Below, piece after piece: positions 58,801-64,000 of a stretch of 64,000 bases of DNA. This stretch comes from Botryllus schlosseri (Eukaryota). Position numbers and translations under genes: made by a program. Position 1 is the first letter of the stretch, and every line of letters starts with the position of its first letter. The notes beneath the pieces are model-generated. The model worked only from the letters and a program-made list of their open reading frames with translations. It had not been told where the DNA came from and searched no databases. The DNA lies in NCBI GenBank assembly GCA_051294905.1, contig CM119372.1:22136001-22200000 (forward strand), read 5' to 3'.

Positions 58801-59104
58801 AGCTAATGTTTTGAAGTGCACCCTTGCATTTTTTTAGAGCGACGCCTTGATGCAAAAATATAAAAAACTCACGAGACAAAGCGCAGTGTCCAGCCCTGCA
58901 TGCAGTATGAGCATAATCAAAAAGATCGAGGAACGGCATATCGAAAACAACAACGGGGTTGAGTTGAATTTGCAACGCGAAGAAATTAGCTGTTCGAGCA
59001 CCGATTCCAATCATACCTCACTGGAGCGGGTGCTGAAGAGACGGCTGTCCTCGGATTTTTCCGACGGTGGACATGCCGTTAAGAAGTTCATTCCCGGTGA
59101 TTGA
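49881..59104 (+). CDS. CHEK2: Checkpoint kinase 2 (FHA + Ser/Thr kinase), about 12 coding exons
   Basis: Exons approximately 49881-49993, 50720-50829, 50889-51013, 52086-52231, 52458-52548, 54386-54497, 55430-55546, 56072-56258, 56623-56793, 57989-58109, 58172-58258 and 58838-59104. TQE motif, FHA ([21 protein letters not shown]) and kinase ([39 protein letters not shown]). The start codon is less certain. Confidence 0.9.
52645..53720. mobile_element. hAT (Tip100-like) non-autonomous element in a CHEK2 intron, 1076 bp
   Basis: CATAGGC...GCCTATG termini with GGTATGC/GCATACC subterminal repeats. Perfect TSD TAAGCCGC (52637-52644, 53721-53728). Confidence 0.92.
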
Positions 59105-60535
59105 GGAAGGTGAAAATCTGCAATCGTTCGAAACTGAAACAAGCCGATCGTGTTGCGTTTCTTTACATCAACTTGGTCGAGACGATGTTCCTTTTGCCGC
59201 TACTGCCTGGTACAATTGATACATCAGTGCTTTTTGTAGGTATTTTCGTAATGTTCAACCTTTTCATCATGCCTGACAACTTTTTTACTATTACTGCAAT
59301 TACGTATTTGCGTTTTACTTTGGTATTCGTTGAAATCATGCTTTTGGCGGGATTTTGTTGTTTTTAAACTGGCGCCCGTAGCTCGATTTCTCTCGATGAA
59401 GAATGGAAGACAGGTCAAACTCATAATATTGAGGTACAATTGTAATAATCTTAGGCATTTATAGTTTCATCGGACCAAGACAAGCAATGTAGAATAGCAT
59501 ACATACACAAGACACAATGTGTTGTAATGAACAGACAGCAAGCAGGATGCCGAAACGACGAAGTAGTGTCTCTCAATCTGGCATCCACTGCTGCCCAACA
59601 TCCCTGATGTCGAATCGAGCTTAAAAATATACCTTCTGATGCAGAGGGAACGTTCAGGGTGCGCATGCGATCCCCAGACGAGCGAGTGCTATAGCAACCT
59701 ACGACTTCGGTCCCTGGTACATGCTTGGTATGGGTCGCGAAAGGCATAAATTTGTGTTGCCACCGTACCTGAGACTTTGTTTCATGTATTTAATATGGCA
59801 TAACTTCTTGCCACTCTTCTGAGGAAAGGTGACACGTGAAGAAGGTTCTTACGACAAAGTCGATCATAACAAATGTGCCCAACCTTGCATTACACGAGTT
59901 TCTCTGTTGTTGTATGTAATTTTGGCCCACTGGGTAGGGAAGGGAAGAGATAATCTTACTTTTCCCAGTTTGAATTGACTCAAAGTTGTTATGCATCGCT
60001 TTGTTAGACATTTTAACAATTTCACTTGGTTGCCAGAAAAATTGAATACAAACACATTGAATGTTTCACATTCGCCATGAATCCTATTAGAAGTTTCTAT
60101 GATTTGGACAGAGAGGAAAATTTTCAGTCATATTATGAATCTTTACAAATAAATAACCAAACTGTTGTGCTATGTCGTGTATTTTAGGTCGAAAGGAGTA
60201 GCCTACAGTCAAATAAGAGGCTAGTTCTACCTGTCTAACCATAATGTCACCAAACAAAATAATAATATTGTAACAAATAACAATATATCAATAATCCAAG
60301 ACATCATCCATCACACAAGTCGGTGAGATATGTAACTGAACAAAGCAAATTCATTTGCCAGACTGGATATCGCACACTATCTTTGTGATATACGCACTCC
60401 CGCCCGAATTTGTACGTCTAAATTGCATACTATATCAGAAAAGTGATGTAGAAAGTCAGACAACCTCATTCGAGCCGTACAGTACAACCTTTTCACTAAA
60501 CATTGCACTCGGAAAAACGCGACACCAGTTTTTAC

Positions 60536-61297
60536 TCAAGACCCTGGCGCGTCTACCTGATGCGAATTGTGAAGCCACAAACGCTTTTTCAAAATATACA
60601 GCACAGTGCTGAAGAACAGAGCCAACGCCAGAAAGATCAAGAATTTATCGGTGCACTCTCGCCGTGAATATTTAGTCAACAGCCGATGGCCTGTTTTGAT
60701 AACGCCGGATTGATCTTTCAGTTCTTCATCTGTCTTCCGTATAGTGCTTGAGGATTTCACTAAAGTGTTTAACGCTTCTCCACTCCTATTAACGTTATCA
60801 TTGATAACTCGGGTAATGCTCAGTAAGCTTTCTGTTAAATCGTTTGCAGTTCTCGCCACATTTTCTCGGCTTGCTTCGGCAGTACGCCGTCTCCTCAGCT
60901 CATCACCTTGATCAGTACCGAACAACGAATCTCTGTTTTTCTCCTCCAAGGAAGTCTTTTTCTCCATATACGCATTGCGTAGGAGTGAAGTGGTGTTCAA
61001 CAATTGCTCGCGAAACTGCTTGGCTGAAGATTCTATTTCAGATACCTGCTTCAGGTCATGTAGTTCTCGGCCAGAAAGATGATACTCCTCAATCGAGTCA
61101 CGGAGAAGTTTCAGTTTTTTGCGGGCTTCTTCATATTCCTTTTGCAAGTCGTCCAGTGGGCCGTTGTGATTCCATATATCACCAACTGCGGCCTTGATTG
61201 CGCAGTCCAACTCGACAATTGTCGACTTGAGCTTGTTTGATGAATCGTCGGACGTTGCCTTATCTGAGCCTTTGCTAAATCGACCGCGGAGACTCAT
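60536..61297 (-). CDS. BNIP1: BNIP1/SEC20 ER SNARE, single coding exon
   Basis: Coiled coil with TESLLSITR, LLTKYSRRECTDKFLIFLALALFFSTVLYILKKRL (Sec20 domain plus C-terminal transmembrane helix). Confidence 0.93.
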   Translation of the reverse strand: MSLRGRFSKGSDKATSDDSSNKLKSTIVELDCAIKAAVGDIWNHNGPLDDLQKEYEEARKKLKLLRDSIEEYHLSGRELHDLKQVSEIESSAKQFREQLLNTTSLLRNAYMEKKTSLEEKNRDSLFGTDQGDELRRRRTAEASRENVARTANDLTESLLSITRVINDNVNRSGEALNTLVKSSSTIRKTDEELKDQSGVIKTGHRLLTKYSRRECTDKFLIFLALALFFSTVLYILKKRLWLHNSHQVDAPGS

Positions 61298-61927
61298 TTC
61301 CGATTGTGTGATGACAAAAATTATTGCCGAAGGCGAAGTTCATATGTGGGTGTGAGGATTTCTTCAATAACGATGTAATGCGATGGTAGTGTCTATAGAC
61401 CTATATTATAATGAAATAGAATCAGCATAGAAGTCTATTTTGATATAGCCTACATCATGCATAGACAGAAAGCAACAAAGAAATCATCTGGTCCCCACCT
61501 AGCTTGATAATTAAACGCAACTGGATATTGCTGGCCGGGCCGCCAATAGTACCGGTACGGTATGGCCAATAATTCTAGCTAAAGCTAGGTATGAAAACAG
61601 ACCAAATATAGTGTAGCCATTACATCTTTTCGGGATGTATCAGTTTATTAATATTTTCATAATTTCAAAACACCAAAAAGTGCGATACAATGAAAAGATG
61701 TCGAAACGACTTGGAGTACGGTACCGTAGTCTTTCAAATCAGACACCCACCTTGACCAAACCCTAGGCGAAGTAGAGAAGAGGCATGCACATTGCACACT
61801 GAATGAAAAGTGAACTAAACCCGTGACATGACATTCGCCGTCTATTAAATTCTTGCAGGCGGCGACTGCGGACAGTGCGCTACGGCGAATCACATTAGTG
61901 ACAAGTGACATTACGTACTGGCCAATA

Positions 61928-62251
61928 TGGAATCGGTGTCTCGTGCACACCAAAGATTCTACTGACGGCACACAGGTGTGACGCCGAGTACCGCCTTGGC
62001 ACACCAAAGATATTTCGCTAAACGTACCGGGATTCCAACCTGGCGTACTGGTAGCCAGAGCCACTAAAGCTTAACTATTATTTCAGTGGCTACTATAAAG
62101 TTTGTGCTTCGTATACTACTATTCCTGATTGGAATCGCTGGCCTTTTTGCCTGATATATCAGGCGAGCAGCGATGATTTTCCAAGGTAAAGTTATTTATT
62201 AAAAATTAATTAAAAAATAAAACATAGCGGGAGCACAGGACACCGATTCCA
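61928..62251. mobile_element. Small MITE with TA-flanked TIRs (Tc1/mariner-like target)
   Basis: TA|TGGAATCGGTGTCTCGTGC ... GCACAGGACACCGATTCCA|TA (17/19 match). Confidence 0.55.
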
Positions 62252-64000
62252 TACAGGCTACTATTGTCAACTAAGGTTAGTTATCTATAATACTACGTAG
62301 TGCGGAAGTAAATGATACCGAGATGTCACGGATGGTTTGCTGCGGGCGCAAATGTTTACATTCAACAGAATGGGGAAGGTAAAGGACAAAGCTGCAGACA
62401 GTACAGAGTATGCAACAGCAGCAAATCAAACCACGGCCTTTGACTATCATCCGTGTGAGGACTTTCGCTTCATGTACCGGAAGGTTCGTTTCCTAATTTA
62501 GTTCACATAATAATAGAGCGGTGTCCCTTGGGCGCCAGACACGGCTAGTCAAGTTTACCGGACTACGACTTGACATATCGATCTCGCCTTCCGATACATA
62601 CCACCTCTTTTTGTCGCCTGTCCTTTTATATTACCTTCTTTTACTTTTCATTCAGTGTATATACTTCCTTTTTACATCGCCTAAGCCAGGTGGCTGTCTG
62701 ATTTCAGTCGTTTCGACACATTCCTATCTTTTCATCGTATCGCAGTTTGTGGTGTTTTGAAATGATGAAATTGTTTTCGTAATCTCTAATTTAAAACCTG
62801 CTAAGGTAGTAGGGAAGTGGTGACGATAAGCGACTGCTATCCGGCCCTCCTAGTTTGATTACGCGTCGGTGGTTTATGTGGGCTCCTCTTCCCCGACCCG
62901 CGCAAAAAAAAGCCCAGAAAAGACCCGTTGAAAGAACGACTCGCAAGTAATGCAAAGAGCACAAATAAAGATTCGCGGAACAGAGAGTAAATCGAAAAGA
63001 ACTGTAACATCGGGCACTAAGCCGAGGTGGATGCCAGATCAAGAGACCGAAACTGGACGTTTCGGCATCCTCCTATCTTTTCATTACAGCGCATTGTGTG
63101 CATTGTATCGCATTGTACACTATTGTGTGTGTCTTGGTTCAATGAAGATATAATCTCACGATGATTGATTGAATGATTTTCATGGTGTTTGGATAGACGA
63201 AACACAGCTGAAACAAACAACCAGTTGCCAAACCGTAGAAAAGATTTCCTCAGTTTTGCGAAGATTAACACCAACGTGGGAAAGACTTCGGCGGTCTGTA
63301 TGATTACTGTTTAGTTCTGCCAATTCAGGGTGTGAAAATTTGATTAGTTCGCAAAGGTTTTAATCATATCGAAGCTCCAACGATCCGATGGGTTTCGGCG
63401 ACCATTTCAGTTTAGTGCGAAATTATAAGAACTCATTATAGAATGTAGACAGAATTCTGTCTACATGTTAACATTCTATAAACTCATGCAAGAGTTCCGA
63501 ATTTTTAAAAATCTAAATTTAAAAATGAGGTATGATCACACTGTCGAGCAATATGACGTCACACCAGTAAAGCTTTGTCTATCGACGACCGGTGGTCACG
63601 ACCCGCGGCTCAGGAGTAGGCTATGTGGTTGTGTGCAGACTGCAGAGGTGGTCAGTAGGGTTGTTCAGATTTGGGCAATTTTTTGGAAACTTGTTTTGCG
63701 TAATTCCAAATGATAGTGTAGTGCATAAAAACACCTCTAAAACCGATTTTGGTCATTTTCATCGCGGTCTTCCCTGCGCGCAAAGCCCCCAAAGACCCAC
63801 GGATCAATTCTCCTTACTTCTGACGTGTTTACGTCATATCTTTATCTGTAGTGTTGACCGTGTCACTGGTTTGGAGCTTTTGTGAAGTTATCAGTTCAAG
63901 ACGGCTATGTAAGGATGGGAAATATATCTGTATTCATAACTGTACTGAAATGCAGTCCTATAAATGCCAGATGAATCTTCGTTATACCATGCAGAACCGG

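Noticed and set aside
59600..59780. GC-rich segment between CHEK2 and BNIP1 as a structured ncRNA
   Set aside because: No conserved RNase P, snRNA or snoRNA motifs could be matched by eye.
62790..62915. Possible SINE head or ncRNA
   Set aside because: No clear A/B boxes, tail or second copy in the window.

Overview
Eukaryotic (animal) genomic DNA. The compact gene spacing, short introns, TTAGGG-type repeats and operon-like layout suggest a tunicate/ascidian, but this is inference. Eight protein-coding genes are readable. On the minus strand: VPS45 (14 exons, 6458-14636), PMS1 (~17 exons, 20345-30405), single-exon FAM136A, ABITRAM/FAM206A and COX19, and single-exon BNIP1/SEC20. On the plus strand: an intronless 9.8-kb furry (FRY/FRYL) ORF and CHEK2 (~12 exons). 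There is also one tRNA-Trp(CCA) gene. Introns and intergenic DNA are packed with non-autonomous DNA transposons, many with perfect 8-bp TSDs (hAT type). Highlights: (1) a candidate four-gene trans-spliced operon, COX19-ABITRAM-FAM136A-PMS1; (2) a 1.56-kb foldback element with a 10-bp TSD whose inner arms are telomere-like (TTAGGG/CCCTAA) minisatellites, just upstream of FRY; (3) a dead Penelope-like retroelement with an inverted pseudo-LTR, a 13-bp TSD, a minimal hammerhead ribozyme whose intact form can only be rebuilt by combining the two terminal copies, and an internal duplication-inversion rearrangement; (4) the intronless FRY; (5) a compound hAT element carrying an unusual transposase remnant. 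No wholly new enzymatic system was identified. All calls were made by eye without database searches.
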